A stretch of DNA of 64,000 nt from Candidatus Bathyarchaeota archaeon (GCA_043826455.1 JBDRQD010000006.1:29049-93048); one strand, 5' to 3'. Shown: positions 9,138-18,673, counted from the stretch's first letter. Translations and numbers: made by a program. Notes: generated from the letters alone by a model not told the origin.

Positions 9138-9573
9138 CCTTGGCCTCCTCCACGTTCAGCAGGTACAGGTAGCCCCGCTTACTGTCCTTCCACCTGCGGA
9201 GGCTCCCCTTCTTCACCATCCAGACAAGGACGCCGCTGAGGGTGGTCTTGGGGAAGAATATGGCGTTGGCCTCCATGGCCTTCCTTAGCTCCCCGATGGC
9301 GCGGGGCGTCTTCCCCCAATCGGACCCCAGGAGGCTCTGCACGGCCTCACTGCACTGGTTGGTCCTTGAGATGTTAGGATACTTCTCTATGGAGGCCCCA
9401 GCCTCGGCCTTAGCCGGCTTGGGGTGGGGCACCTCAGCGTTGAAAGCCTTGGACACCTTACCTATTATGAGGTCCAGGTCGTCCAGGGTGGCCAGCACCT
9501 CCTCCTTGGCTCCCCCCAGCTCCACCTCCACGTTGCCTATCCTGACCTTGAGGCGGAAAGAGGGCTCAGACAT
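9124..9573 (-). CDS. Two-domain protein: N-terminal beta-hairpin/helix plus C-terminal wHTH
   Basis: PRAIGELRKAMEAN...TTLSGVLVWMVKKGSLRR...GYLY; TATA-like TTTATAA near 9618. Confidence 0.65.
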   Translation of the reverse strand: MSEPSFRLKVRIGNVEVELGGAKEEVLATLDDLDLIIGKVSKAFNAEVPHPKPAKAEAGASIEKYPNISRTNQCSEAVQSLLGSDWGKTPRAIGELRKAMEANAIFFPKTTLSGVLVWMVKKGSLRRWKDSKRGYLYLLNVEEAKVATA

Positions 9574-9627
9574 GGCAACACCCAGAACTTCTGATACCAT
9601 AATAAGCTCTAAGACCGTTTATAATAC

Positions 9628-11526
9628 TTATGGGGATTGGGTTTTATCCTTCAGAGCCGCCTGGAGCAGCCTCTGAACGTCCCTAGGCTGAGCCCTGCCC
9701 CGCACCTGCCCCATGACCACCCCCATGAGCGGCCCCATAGCCCCCATACCCCTCTCAGCCACCAGGCCCGCCCTCTCCTCCACCACAGCCCCTATGAGTG
9801 CCTCCAGCTCAGAGAGGCTCATGGCCTCCAGCCCCAGGGCCTTCAACGCGTCCCTGGCGCCGCTGCCCGGATGCTTGGCCAGCCAAGTCAGCACGTCGGG
9901 TAGTGCCTCCTTGGCCGTGGACCCCTCCTTGACCAAGGCGAAGGAGCCCCGGATGGCGTCGTCTGTCAACGCCTCCACGGGGACGCCGTCGCGCCTCAGC
10001 CTAGTCAGGTCCTCCGTGAGGGTGACAGCCAGTAACGTGGTGCTGTGGCCTTCGGCAGAGAGCTCCTCGAAGAGGCCCATGTAGTCCGAGTCCACAGTCT
10101 GGGTGGCCAGCTTCTCGTTGAGCCCATGCTCCTTCATGAAGCGCCTGAGCTTCACCTCAGGCATCTCGGGAAGCCTCACCCTCAGCGCACTGATCCTCTC
10201 AGAAGTGATCTGGACGGGCTTGACATCCGTCTCAGGGTACATCCTGGCCGCCCCGGGGCGGGGCCTGGTGAACCGGGTAGTCCCGTCCGGGTTGGCAGCC
10301 CGAGTCTCGGCGGGCACCCCCATCAGGGCCATCCGGGCCCTGTCCACTACTGCCACCAGGGCGGCGGCGCACTTGTCGTGGTCGTCGGCCACGATGACAG
10401 CCGCGTCCCCCTCAGCAGCGTCCACTGCCTCTCTGAGGGCGCTGACCTCCTCCTCGGTGACGCTGTACCCGGGGAGTTCATCCGTGTGGAATATGCCCTT
10501 CACGTTGCCCATGAACTTGGCGTGGTCACTCATCTCGGTGCCCAGCCTCCTCCCAGGGCATAGCTCCTTTCCAGTGAGGCCCGCAAAGCCGGGCAGCTTG
10601 ACAGCCAGCACGACGCCGCCCTTCTTGAGGGTGCCGCCCAGGACCTTGCTCTTGGTGCCCTTGAACACGCCCGAGACGTCCACATGCTCCTTCTTTAGCT
10701 GGTTCCCCTTTACTCCCCGTTTCTTGAGCTCCTCCGTGATCTCCAGGAGGGCCGCCTGGCGCATGGCCTCGTACTCGACCACCGTAGGCAGCAGCCCCAG
10801 GTCCTGGACACCCTTGATCTCTATGATGGCTCCGCCCCGGATGCTGACGTTCACGTCCTGCCTGATGGTGCCCAGACCCCTCCGCACCATGCCCGTGGCC
10901 CTGAGGATGCCGCCTATGCGGGCAGCCGCCTCGTAAGCCTCCTGAGGCGTGTGTATCTCGGGGGCCGTGGTGATCTCTATGAGAGGGATGCCCAGCCGGT
11001 CCAGCCTGTAGGTGATGGTGTCCCCCTCCTCGCTGATCTTCCTCGCCGCGTCCTCCTCTACCGCCACCTGCTCCAAGTGGATCGTCTTGCCCGCGGCCTT
11101 GATCTCCCCGCCCAGGCTGACGACGCTGGTGCGCTGGAAGCCACCCGTGTTGCTGCCGTCCACCACCGTCTTCCTCATGACCTGAATCTCGTCAACAGGG
11201 GCACCCCCCGTCATCAGTGTGAAAGTGAGGGCTATGTCAACGGACTCCTCGTCCAGGGGCCCCGGAGGCTCCTCGTCCATCTCCACAAGGCAGTTAGTCT
11301 CGTGGTCCGCCAGATAGATGATGGTCTTGCCCTTGAGGAACTCGAAGAGGGCGGCGGGGTCGATCTCCCCCAGCTCGGACTGACTGGGCCTGAGCCTCCG
11401 CGTGAATGTGTAGTCGGGCTCCCTCTCGCTGAGCCTGGGGGGGCACGAGCAGAACAGCTTGTGCCGCGTGGCCAGCTCCTGGTGTATCTCTATGCCCACT
11501 GTGAGCCCCAGCTTCTTGTAGTCCAT
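9628..11526 (-). CDS. gatE: Glu-tRNA(Gln) amidotransferase subunit E
   Basis: GIEIHQEL, VDGSNTGGFQRT, RLDRLGIPLIEITT, GLGTIRQDVNVSI, PGAARMYPETD. Confidence 0.97.
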   Translation of the reverse strand: MDYKKLGLTVGIEIHQELATRHKLFCSCPPRLSEREPDYTFTRRLRPSQSELGEIDPAALFEFLKGKTIIYLADHETNCLVEMDEEPPGPLDEESVDIALTFTLMTGGAPVDEIQVMRKTVVDGSNTGGFQRTSVVSLGGEIKAAGKTIHLEQVAVEEDAARKISEEGDTITYRLDRLGIPLIEITTAPEIHTPQEAYEAAARIGGILRATGMVRRGLGTIRQDVNVSIRGGAIIEIKGVQDLGLLPTVVEYEAMRQAALLEITEELKKRGVKGNQLKKEHVDVSGVFKGTKSKVLGGTLKKGGVVLAVKLPGFAGLTGKELCPGRRLGTEMSDHAKFMGNVKGIFHTDELPGYSVTEEEVSALREAVDAAEGDAAVIVADDHDKCAAALVAVVDRARMALMGVPAETRAANPDGTTRFTRPRPGAARMYPETDVKPVQITSERISALRVRLPEMPEVKLRRFMKEHGLNEKLATQTVDSDYMGLFEELSAEGHSTTLLAVTLTEDLTRLRRDGVPVEALTDDAIRGSFALVKEGSTAKEALPDVLTWLAKHPGSGARDALKALGLEAMSLSELEALIGAVVEERAGLVAERGMGAMGPLMGVVMGQVRGRAQPRDVQRLLQAALKDKTQSP

Positions 11527-12857
11527 CACGCGGCACCTCCAAGGTACGGCGTCCTGGGGTTGAACTCCCCCACCAAGTTCGCGGTCAGCAGCCTCTTAGC
11601 CTCCTCATGGTCGTCGGTCTGTCCCAGGCACCACTTGAGCTTCACGTAGGCCGTCTCCCCGTGCATGTCCCCCAGGGGCACCGCGCCCCGGTCCACCAGC
11701 TCGCGACCGTGGCTGTAAACGTTGAGGTTGACGCGGCCCCAGATGCACTGGCTGGTGATGCCCACCACCACGCCTTCCTTTCTGGCCCTCGCCACGGCGG
11801 GCCAGAGGTTCTTGTTCACCTGGCCCAGGCCCGTGGCCTCGATGATGAGCCCCCTGTACCCCTCGTCCAGGTAGCGCTCCAGGAGTGTGAGGCTGAAGTC
11901 GGGATGGAACTTGATGAGCGCAACCCTGTCGCTGAACCTGTTGAGGAGCCTGGGCTCGCACTCTTGGCGCAGCCTGACCCTGTCGTTCAGCATCTCCAGC
12001 TTCCCGTCCCGGTACCTTGCCAGGGGCCAGTCGTTCACCGGCTGGAAAGCGTACCTTGCGCTCGTGTGGCACTTCCGCACCTTGGTGCCCCGGATGTAGG
12101 AGATGCTGTCGTCGCTGGTGCCCTCGTGGAGCCCCACGCAGACCTCCGCGAAAGGCGCATTAGCCGCGGTGTATACGCCCCCCATGAGGTTGGTGGCGTT
12201 GTCGCTGCTGGGCCTGTCACTGCTCCTCTGGCTCCCCACGAAGACCACGGGCACGGGCAGGTCCTGGAGCGCGAAGCTGAGGGCCGCGCTGCTGTACGCC
12301 ATGGTGTCCGTGCCGTGGGTGAATATGACCCCGCTGGCCCCCGCCCTGATCTTGTCGTGCGCTCGCTTCGCCATTCCCGCCCAGTGCTCGCTGCCTATGT
12401 CCTCGCTGAAGACACTGTACAGGATGTCAGCCTCCACGTCAGCCACCTCCGTCAGCTCAGGCACTATGCCCAGGAGGTCGCGGCTGGTCATGGCAGACAC
12501 GACGCCGCCGGTCACGTAGTCCACCCTGCTGGCGATGGTTCCCCCGGTGCTGATGATGCTCACCCTGGGCAGCCCCTTCTTGGCCTGGGGTAGCGGCGGC
12601 TGCCTGAACTCGGGCTTCGGCGCCACACCCACCTTCTCTATCTTCATCCCGCTGGTGTAGGCGACGCCGATGTTGTACCCCGATTTGAGCTTGATGACGA
12701 GGTGCCTGTCGTCGTAGCTCTCAACCCTGGGCATCAGGCTCCCTTCGTACCGCTGGTTGTTGACAGTGACTGCCAGCTTGTCCCCTATCTCCGCCCCCGC
12801 CCCGGCGAGGGCCTCACGCAGTTTTCCGCGGTACCCGGTGAGCCTGTCCTCAGTCAT
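11526..12857 (-). CDS. gatD: Glu-tRNA(Gln) amidotransferase subunit D
   Basis: KLKSGYNIG, STGGTIASRVDY, HGTDTM, GSQRSSDRPSSD; adjacent to gatE. Confidence 0.97.
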   Translation of the reverse strand: MTEDRLTGYRGKLREALAGAGAEIGDKLAVTVNNQRYEGSLMPRVESYDDRHLVIKLKSGYNIGVAYTSGMKIEKVGVAPKPEFRQPPLPQAKKGLPRVSIISTGGTIASRVDYVTGGVVSAMTSRDLLGIVPELTEVADVEADILYSVFSEDIGSEHWAGMAKRAHDKIRAGASGVIFTHGTDTMAYSSAALSFALQDLPVPVVFVGSQRSSDRPSSDNATNLMGGVYTAANAPFAEVCVGLHEGTSDDSISYIRGTKVRKCHTSARYAFQPVNDWPLARYRDGKLEMLNDRVRLRQECEPRLLNRFSDRVALIKFHPDFSLTLLERYLDEGYRGLIIEATGLGQVNKNLWPAVARARKEGVVVGITSQCIWGRVNLNVYSHGRELVDRGAVPLGDMHGETAYVKLKWCLGQTDDHEEAKRLLTANLVGEFNPRTPYLGGAA

Positions 12858-12902
12858 GTGAATCAGAGAAGTTTACTCTCTTCCGATTAATAATAGGCGT
12901 GG

Positions 12903-13208
12903 TCAGATCATCTGGAGGTAGGTGCGCTTGGTGGGCCTGTAGTTGCCTGGGCCCAGAAGCGCCTGAAGCCTGTTCCAGAGCTCCGTGATCCTTGGGTCCT
13001 CCCTGATGGCCGAGGACACCATCTTGTAGTGGTCTTGGTCGCTGAACCTGTTGATCTCCAGCCACCTACGGGGGTCCTTCTCGTCCCTGTACAGCTCGAC
13101 CTTGAGGCAGCCCAGCTCCAAGTATATATCGATGGCCTGCTTCTCCAGCTTCACGTACTCTATGCTCTTCTCCTTAGGAATCCGGTACTGGTAGACCACC
13201 GTGTACAA
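12903..13208 (-). CDS. ABM-like dimeric alpha-beta barrel protein
   Basis: About 100 aa; GCLKVELYRDEKDPRRWLEINRF pattern. Confidence 0.55.
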   Translation of the reverse strand: MYTVVYQYRIPKEKSIEYVKLEKQAIDIYLELGCLKVELYRDEKDPRRWLEINRFSDQDHYKMVSSAIREDPRITELWNRLQALLGPGNYRPTKRTYLQMI

Positions 13209-13253
13209 TGCGCTCCCCCAGACTAGGGACACGGCTCGGGATAAAAACGCATC

Positions 13254-14816
13254 TCACAGGGGCTTAGATACGTATGGGCCGTCCTTCACGTAGCCCAGCC
13301 TCCGGTAGTACTCCTTGGTGCCCAGGGCGCTCATCACCACCATCCGCTTCATGCCGCGGTCCGCGGCCGCCCTCTCAGCCTCCTCCATGAGGGCCTCTCC
13401 CCAGCCCCTGTGCTGCCAGTCAACCCCAGGCGCGCCCACGGGGGTCATGCTCCCGTAGACGTGGAGCTCCCGCACCAGGCCCGTGTCCACGGTGATCTCG
13501 GGCCTGAAAGCATCCTCCGAGGGTAGCCTGAGCCTGAGGAAACCCACCAGGACGTCGTTCTCAGGGTCCTCCACACTGATGAAATCCTCGGTTCCGCCCG
13601 ACGCCTCGTAGACTCTGTGGACCATGTCCAGGGCTTCTGGCTCCACGCCCTCCCTGGCCCTGTGCCCCGCCTCCCTGCACCTGATGCACCGGCACCTTGA
13701 GCCGCGCTCCCTGAGCCGCTCTTGGGCCAGCTGCCGGAGGTTACTCTTGTCCACACCGGCCTCGATCTGGTGGACAGGGATGTCCCTCTGGACCCTCATT
13801 ATCCTGACCCAGGGAGGTACCATCTCCTTGACTCGAGCCACCAGCTCTGCGGCCTCCTCGGTGGCTAGGGGCGTGTACTCACCGCGCCGCCACCACTCGT
13901 ACAGCTTGGTGCCCTTAACCACCAGGGTCGGGTATATCTTGAGCATATCAGGCTTGAAGGCCGGGTCCTCGAAGACCCTGCGGAACCCCTCCAGGTCCCG
14001 CTCAGGGGTTGAGCCCGGCAGCCCAGGCATCATGTGGTAGCAAACTTTCAGGGCCGAGTCCTTCAGCCGACGGGTCCCGTCCACCACGTCCCTAACCGTA
14101 TGGCCCCTGTCCACCAGCCTGTAAAGGTCGTCGTAGATGTTCTGGACCCCCACCTCCACGCGGGTCACCCCCAGACCCAGCATGGCGTCGATGTCCTGCT
14201 GCGCTAGGCAGTCGGGCCGGGTCTCCACGGTTATCCCCACGTTCCTGATCTCTGAGGAATCGGCTTGGAGCTTGGCCTCCTCCAGGCTCCCCGACTCTGC
14301 GCCGTTCATGGCGTCCAGGCAGCCCTCCACGAACCACTCCTGGTAGCCGCGGGGGCTGGCCGGGAAGGTGCCCCCCATGATGATGAGGTCGACCTTGTCC
14401 ACGGTGTGGCCTATGGCGCGCAGCTGCTCGATGCGGCTCCGCACCTGAGCGCCTGGATCAAACATGTTCTGGGCGCCCCTCATGGCGGCGGGCTCGTGAC
14501 CCGTGTAGCTCTGGGGGCTCCCCGCCTCCGGGCCACCCGGGCAGTAGGCGCACCTGCCGTGGGGGCAGGGATACGGCTCCGTCATGACGGCCACCACGTT
14601 GACGCCGCTGATAGCTCGGGACGCCTTACGCCTCAGCAGGGGGATGAGCCGCTCCCGCTCCTCGGGCCTCAGCGCCGCGATGATCTCCGAGTTGCCGGGA
14701 ATCCTGCCCAAGGAATACTTCCTCGTGGCCCTGTACTTGGCCACGTCCAGGTCCTCCCTGGTAGGCTCATCCAGGTAAAGAAGCGTCTCAATTATCTCTC
14801 GGAGAGCGGCGTCCAA
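13254..14816 (-). CDS. elp3: Elp3 radical SAM/GNAT tRNA U34 modification enzyme
   Basis: CPHGRCAYCPGG, SYTGHEP, ETRPD, KIYPTLV, RVQRDIP, CRCIRCRE, RELHVYG, QHRGWG; start moved to TTG 14816. Confidence 0.95.
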   Translation of the reverse strand: MDAALREIIETLLYLDEPTREDLDVAKYRATRKYSLGRIPGNSEIIAALRPEERERLIPLLRRKASRAISGVNVVAVMTEPYPCPHGRCAYCPGGPEAGSPQSYTGHEPAAMRGAQNMFDPGAQVRSRIEQLRAIGHTVDKVDLIIMGGTFPASPRGYQEWFVEGCLDAMNGAESGSLEEAKLQADSSEIRNVGITVETRPDCLAQQDIDAMLGLGVTRVEVGVQNIYDDLYRLVDRGHTVRDVVDGTRRLKDSALKVCYHMMPGLPGSTPERDLEGFRRVFEDPAFKPDMLKIYPTLVVKGTKLYEWWRRGEYTPLATEEAAELVARVKEMVPPWVRIMRVQRDIPVHQIEAGVDKSNLRQLAQERLRERGSRCRCIRCREAGHRAREGVEPEALDMVHRVYEASGGTEDFISVEDPENDVLVGFLRLRLPSEDAFRPEITVDTGLVRELHVYGSMTPVGAPGVDWQHRGWGEALMEEAERAAADRGMKRMVVMSALGTKEYYRRLGYVKDGPYVSKPL

Positions 14817-14854
14817 GTCGAGTTGAAGAAAAACAGGTTTGTTAAAAAGGTTAT

Positions 14855-16048
14855 CTAGAGGATTGTGAGGCTCTCGATGTCCCTGGGGTAGTAGGTGAGC
14901 CACTCGCAGCCGTCCCCGGTCACCAGCAGGGTGTCGCTGTGCCTGAAACCAGCATACCCCAACTCGTAGACGCCGGGCTCTATGCTCACCACCATCCCCG
15001 GCTCCAGGGGCTGCGGGTTCCCCTGATCCAAGTAGGGAGGCTCGTGGCCCAGGAGGCCCAGGCCGTGGCCCGAGTGGTGCCTGACCAGCTCCCAGTAACC
15101 TGCATCCCTAATCACCTTGTTAGCCGCTTTATCCACGTCGGCGCAGGTGTTCCCCGGCTTCAACGCGTCCGCGGCCGCCTCCTGGGCCCTGCACATGACC
15201 TTGAAGAGCTTCCCCATCTTGGCGGTGGGCTTCCCCACGATCATGGTGCGCTCCAGCTCAGAGCCGTAGCCCCCCACGTCGGCCCCGGCCCCGGTGACGA
15301 GGACGTCCCCCTCCTCGATCATCTTACCGATGCTGATGCTGTGAGGCATCGCAGACTTCCAGCCCACCTGGCCCCTGTACCCGGCGCCGCAGGGCCGCCC
15401 CTTCAAGGTCTCATACTCCGGCCCCAGCGTCTTCTTCATGATACCTGAGGCCTCCAGAGTGGCCATGAGACTCACCTCGGCGTCCCAGAGGCCGGGCCTT
15501 GTGTACTCCTGAAGGAGCTGGTGGGCCAGGTTGCCCCACTTGCAGCTCTCCCTGATGAGCTCCACCTCCTCCTCCGACTTGAGGAGCTTCATGTCCCACA
15601 TGTACTGGTCGTCCTTCACCAGCTCGGCCTCCTTCAGCAGGTCCTTGAGGGGCGTGCCCACGTACCCCATGGTGCCCCCGGCCCCAGCCGGGTTATCTGT
15701 GCCTATCCGGGCCTTGCCGAGGTCCCTGTCGGTGATCCACTGGGCGAACCGCTCTATGGGGTGCTTCTCCCCCGGGTAGTCCAGGTAGGTGAGGCAGTCG
15801 CCCACGAGGGGCGTCTGGTGGCGCAGGTGGTCGGCCTCCAAGAGAGGTCCCATGAATGTGGGCTTGCCGTCGGGCTCCACCAGGAGGGCGGCGGGGCGCT
15901 CCGTGACCATGTGGTAGAAGTGGCTGAGGTAGAAGATGCTGGTCCCGTTGGTGACCAGGTACGCGTCCATGTTCTCCTGCTTCATGTGTTCTCTGAGCTT
16001 CTCCAGCCTCTTCCCGTACTCTCTCCAGCTTATCCTGAGCTTGGGCAT
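14855..16048 (-). CDS. M24 Xaa-Pro peptidase family protein
   Basis: Creatinase-like N-domain; HHSGHGLGLLGHEPP, SIEPGVY, GFRHSDT. Confidence 0.9.
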   Translation of the reverse strand: MPKLRISWREYGKRLEKLREHMKQENMDAYLVTNGTSIFYLSHFYHMVTERPAALLVEPDGKPTFMGPLLEADHLRHQTPLVGDCLTYLDYPGEKHPIERFAQWITDRDLGKARIGTDNPAGAGGTMGYVGTPLKDLLKEAELVKDDQYMWDMKLLKSEEEVELIRESCKWGNLAHQLLQEYTRPGLWDAEVSLMATLEASGIMKKTLGPEYETLKGRPCGAGYRGQVGWKSAMPHSISIGKMIEEGDVLVTGAGADVGGYGSELERTMIVGKPTAKMGKLFKVMCRAQEAAADALKPGNTCADVDKAANKVIRDAGYWELVRHHSGHGLGLLGHEPPYLDQGNPQPLEPGMVVSIEPGVYELGYAGFRHSDTLLVTGDGCEWLTYYPRDIESLTIL

Positions 16049-16117
16049 CTCGAGTCAGAGAAAACTGGGGTTTAGGAGATAAAACATCATCGAGGAGGTA
16101 AAGATGGGTGCGCCCCG

Positions 16118-17554
16118 CTACTGGGGCTGCTTCTTCAGCTGGTCCAGCGGTGGCTTCAGGCCAGCGGGGAGGGGGCATATGTATTCGCGGCTCTTCATCT
16201 GCCTGGCCCACTCGTCCTTCGACCTCTGAAGCAGCTTCTTATCCGACAGGAGGTCGATGACGGTGCCAGCCATCACCTTCGACGCGAATACGGTGCTCTT
16301 CTGGCCTAAACTTGTGCCGTTACTAGCCGTGTTCTGCCAGCTGTGGCCCGCCGCGCCCACGATGGTGTAAACGGTCCTGAACTGGACCGTGGGCGTGTTC
16401 CAGGCCACGTCGGCCACGTCGCTGCTGCCTCCCCCCTTGGTGCCCTCCCCGACGGGGTCGTATATCCTGGTGTTGAGGTTCACATCCATGAGGTCCATGG
16501 CGTCGGGCAGGCTGCTGCTCATCAACCCCACCTTCTTCTTCTCGCGTGGGATACTCTTAGCCAGCTCGGCGGCGAACTCCTCCTCATCCTCCGAGTAGGT
16601 GGGCGCACCCACCAGCCTCATGTTGGCTATCGCTGTCTCGCCCAGCACACGGTTCTCCATGCCGTTGTGGACGCCGCTCAGGAACGTGACCTTGTGGGTT
16701 GTGCCCACCATCTTGTCCGCCCCGTCCGCGATGTCCAGTATCTTTAGGTAGTACATATCCACAAGCTCCCGCTCCGGCGCCCGCACGTAGTACCAGCTGC
16801 GGGCGTAGGGGGGCACCACGTTGGGCTCGTGGCCCCCATCCTCCACCACGTAGTGGATCCTAGTCTCCTGGACCACGTGCTCACGCATATAGTTAACCCC
16901 GATGTTCATGAGCTCCACGGCGTCCATGGCGCTCACCCCCTGCTCGGGGCTGCCCGCCGCGTGGCTGGCCACCCCATAGAACTCGAACTTGACGCTGTTC
17001 ATGGCGTTCCCGCTGCGGAGGCTGACGCCGTTGAAGCTGCTGGGGTGGTGGCCAACGCAGGCGTCCACGCCGTCGAAGACGCCGTCACGGACCATGAACA
17101 CCTTGCCGACGAGGGTCTCCTCGGCGGGGCAGCCGAAGACCTTCACGGTGCCCTTCACCAGGCCCTTGTCCATGGCCGCCTTGACCGCCAGTGCGCCCCC
17201 CAGGGCGGTGACGGCGTAACCGTTGTGGCCGCAGCCGTGGCCGGCGCCCCCCTCCACCAGGGGCTCCTTGTAGGGCACCGGCTTATTGCTGATGCCGGGG
17301 AGGGCGTCCAGCTCACCCATGACCCCTATGACCGGCTTCCCCTTCCCGTAGGTGGCCACGAAGGCGCTGGGCATCCCGGCGACGCCCCGCGTCACACTGA
17401 ACCCCTCCTTCCTGAGGACATCCGTGAGGAGGTCGGCGGTCCTGTTCTCCTGGAGGCCCACCTCGGCCAGCTCCCATATCCGCATGTGGTGGTCCACCAG
17501 CATGCGTTCGTGCTGGTCGACCCAGTCCCACGCTACTCGCTTAGACTCTGACAA
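16118..17554 (-). CDS. M20 amidohydrolase, AbgB-like
   Basis: GELDALPG, GHGCGHN, GCPAEE, HAAGSPEQG, GGSSDVADV, GHSWQ. Confidence 0.9.
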   Translation of the reverse strand: MSESKRVAWDWVDQHERMLVDHHMRIWELAEVGLQENRTADLLTDVLRKEGFSVTRGVAGMPSAFVATYGKGKPVIGVMGELDALPGISNKPVPYKEPLVEGGAGHGCGHNGYAVTALGGALAVKAAMDKGLVKGTVKVFGCPAEETLVGKVFMVRDGVFDGVDACVGHHPSSFNGVSLRSGNAMNSVKFEFYGVASHAAGSPEQGVSAMDAVELMNIGVNYMREHVVQETRIHYVVEDGGHEPNVVPPYARSWYYVRAPERELVDMYYLKILDIADGADKMVGTTHKVTFLSGVHNGMENRVLGETAIANMRLVGAPTYSEDEEEFAAELAKSIPREKKKVGLMSSSLPDAMDLMDVNLNTRIYDPVGEGTKGGGSSDVADVAWNTPTVQFRTVYTIVGAAGHSWQNTASNGTSLGQKSTVFASKVMAGTVIDLLSDKKLLQRSKDEWARQMKSREYICPLPAGLKPPLDQLKKQPQ

Positions 17555-17670
17555 ACGTCACACCTGGTATAGGTTGGGGGAGGTTGTATTAACCTGTAAC
17601 GAGTAGAGTGGAGTCGAGGTTCGTATACTGGGTCAACCGCTTTCCCCCTTTTTTGTGTCCAATCAACACG

Positions 17671-17922
17671 TAATGGTACCGTTTTCTCTTAGTTAGCGAC
17701 CCTGAAGAAAATCCGGTCTTCTGGAGATGGGTGTGGTTCAGCGGAAAGAAGTAATGGTACCATTATTCTCTGGGAGTTATGGGGCCATCACGTTAACAGG
17801 AGATAATGGTACCATTACTTCACTGAGGTGAGCGCCACTTTGAAGCTGGCAGACAAAAATTGTACCATTTCCCCGCGGAGAGTAAGGCGCCACTAAACCA
17901 TCACAGTATAATGGTACCATTT
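17671..17922. repeat. Array 1: five 14-bp palindromes, consensus WAATGGTACCATTW
   Basis: Copies start at 17671, 17752, 17804, 17857 and 17909 (spacings 81, 52, 53, 52); the first and fourth have one core mismatch each. Confidence 0.9.
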
Positions 17923-18030
17923 TACTCTAGATGAGCCATCGACTCCACTCGGAAGCGTGAACACGGTCCAGTGCTTGCCTGATCCATCTCGTCGGGTCCT
18001 CATGAAAAGGAAATAAAAACTACGATGTTT

Positions 18031-18561
18031 CTAGGCGGTCACCGGCTTCGGCGTCGCGAGGCCCCTCCTCTCCCTCAGGGCCCTCATCTCGTTGGCCAGG
18101 TACTCCACGGGCTCCAGGTAGTCCGGGTAATCGTTGCGCCTCCTGAACTCCAATGCTATGGGTCCCATCTTCTCCCAGTACCTCTGGACGCCTGAGGGGT
18201 TCAGCTCGTGGAGGAGCTCCAGGTCCAGGAGGCCCCTGCGCACCAGGGCCGCGAGGCTATTGTAGTAGTTGCGGGCTACGCGCCTGGCCACGTTGGCCTC
18301 GGGGTTCTTCAGGGGGCTGTACTTTTCCCAGTACTCGTCGTAGCTGCTCCACTGCCACCGCCAGAGTATCTCCGTCAGGGCGTCGTCGAACTTCTCGTCT
18401 GTTATGTACTTGACTAGGCTGAGGTGGTGCTCCGCCCGCCGCGTATTAACCTCCACTAATTTAACTGCCAGGTACTGTCGGGAGAAGTACACCATGTAGG
18501 CTACCCCCAGGGTGAGGGCGAAGCCGCCCAGGGTCAGGGACACGCTTTGAAGGTCAACCAT
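18031..18561 (-). CDS. Membrane-anchored hypothetical protein (DUF4760-like)
   Basis: N-terminal TM; YYNSLAALVRRGLLDLELL...WEK...EYLANEM pattern. Confidence 0.6.
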   Translation of the reverse strand: MVDLQSVSLTLGGFALTLGVAYMVYFSRQYLAVKLVEVNTRRAEHHLSLVKYITDEKFDDALTEILWRWQWSSYDEYWEKYSPLKNPEANVARRVARNYYNSLAALVRRGLLDLELLHELNPSGVQRYWEKMGPIALEFRRRNDYPDYLEPVEYLANEMRALRERRGLATPKPVTA

Positions 18562-18673
18562 TTGGGTCAGAGGAGACTTGGAGCGATGTTGGGATAAGAT
18601 TATGGTTCCACGGTAAGCCCGGAACTACCTCTTAGGAGTATAATTATAATGCCACCGCCCTGCACCAATACAC

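Noticed and set aside
14817..14903. Track's extended N-termini (elp3 here; likewise the PRTase, DUF424, oppF, maleate isomerase and FKBP ORFs)
   Set aside because: The extensions overlap neighbouring genes or promoters; family similarity begins at downstream starts
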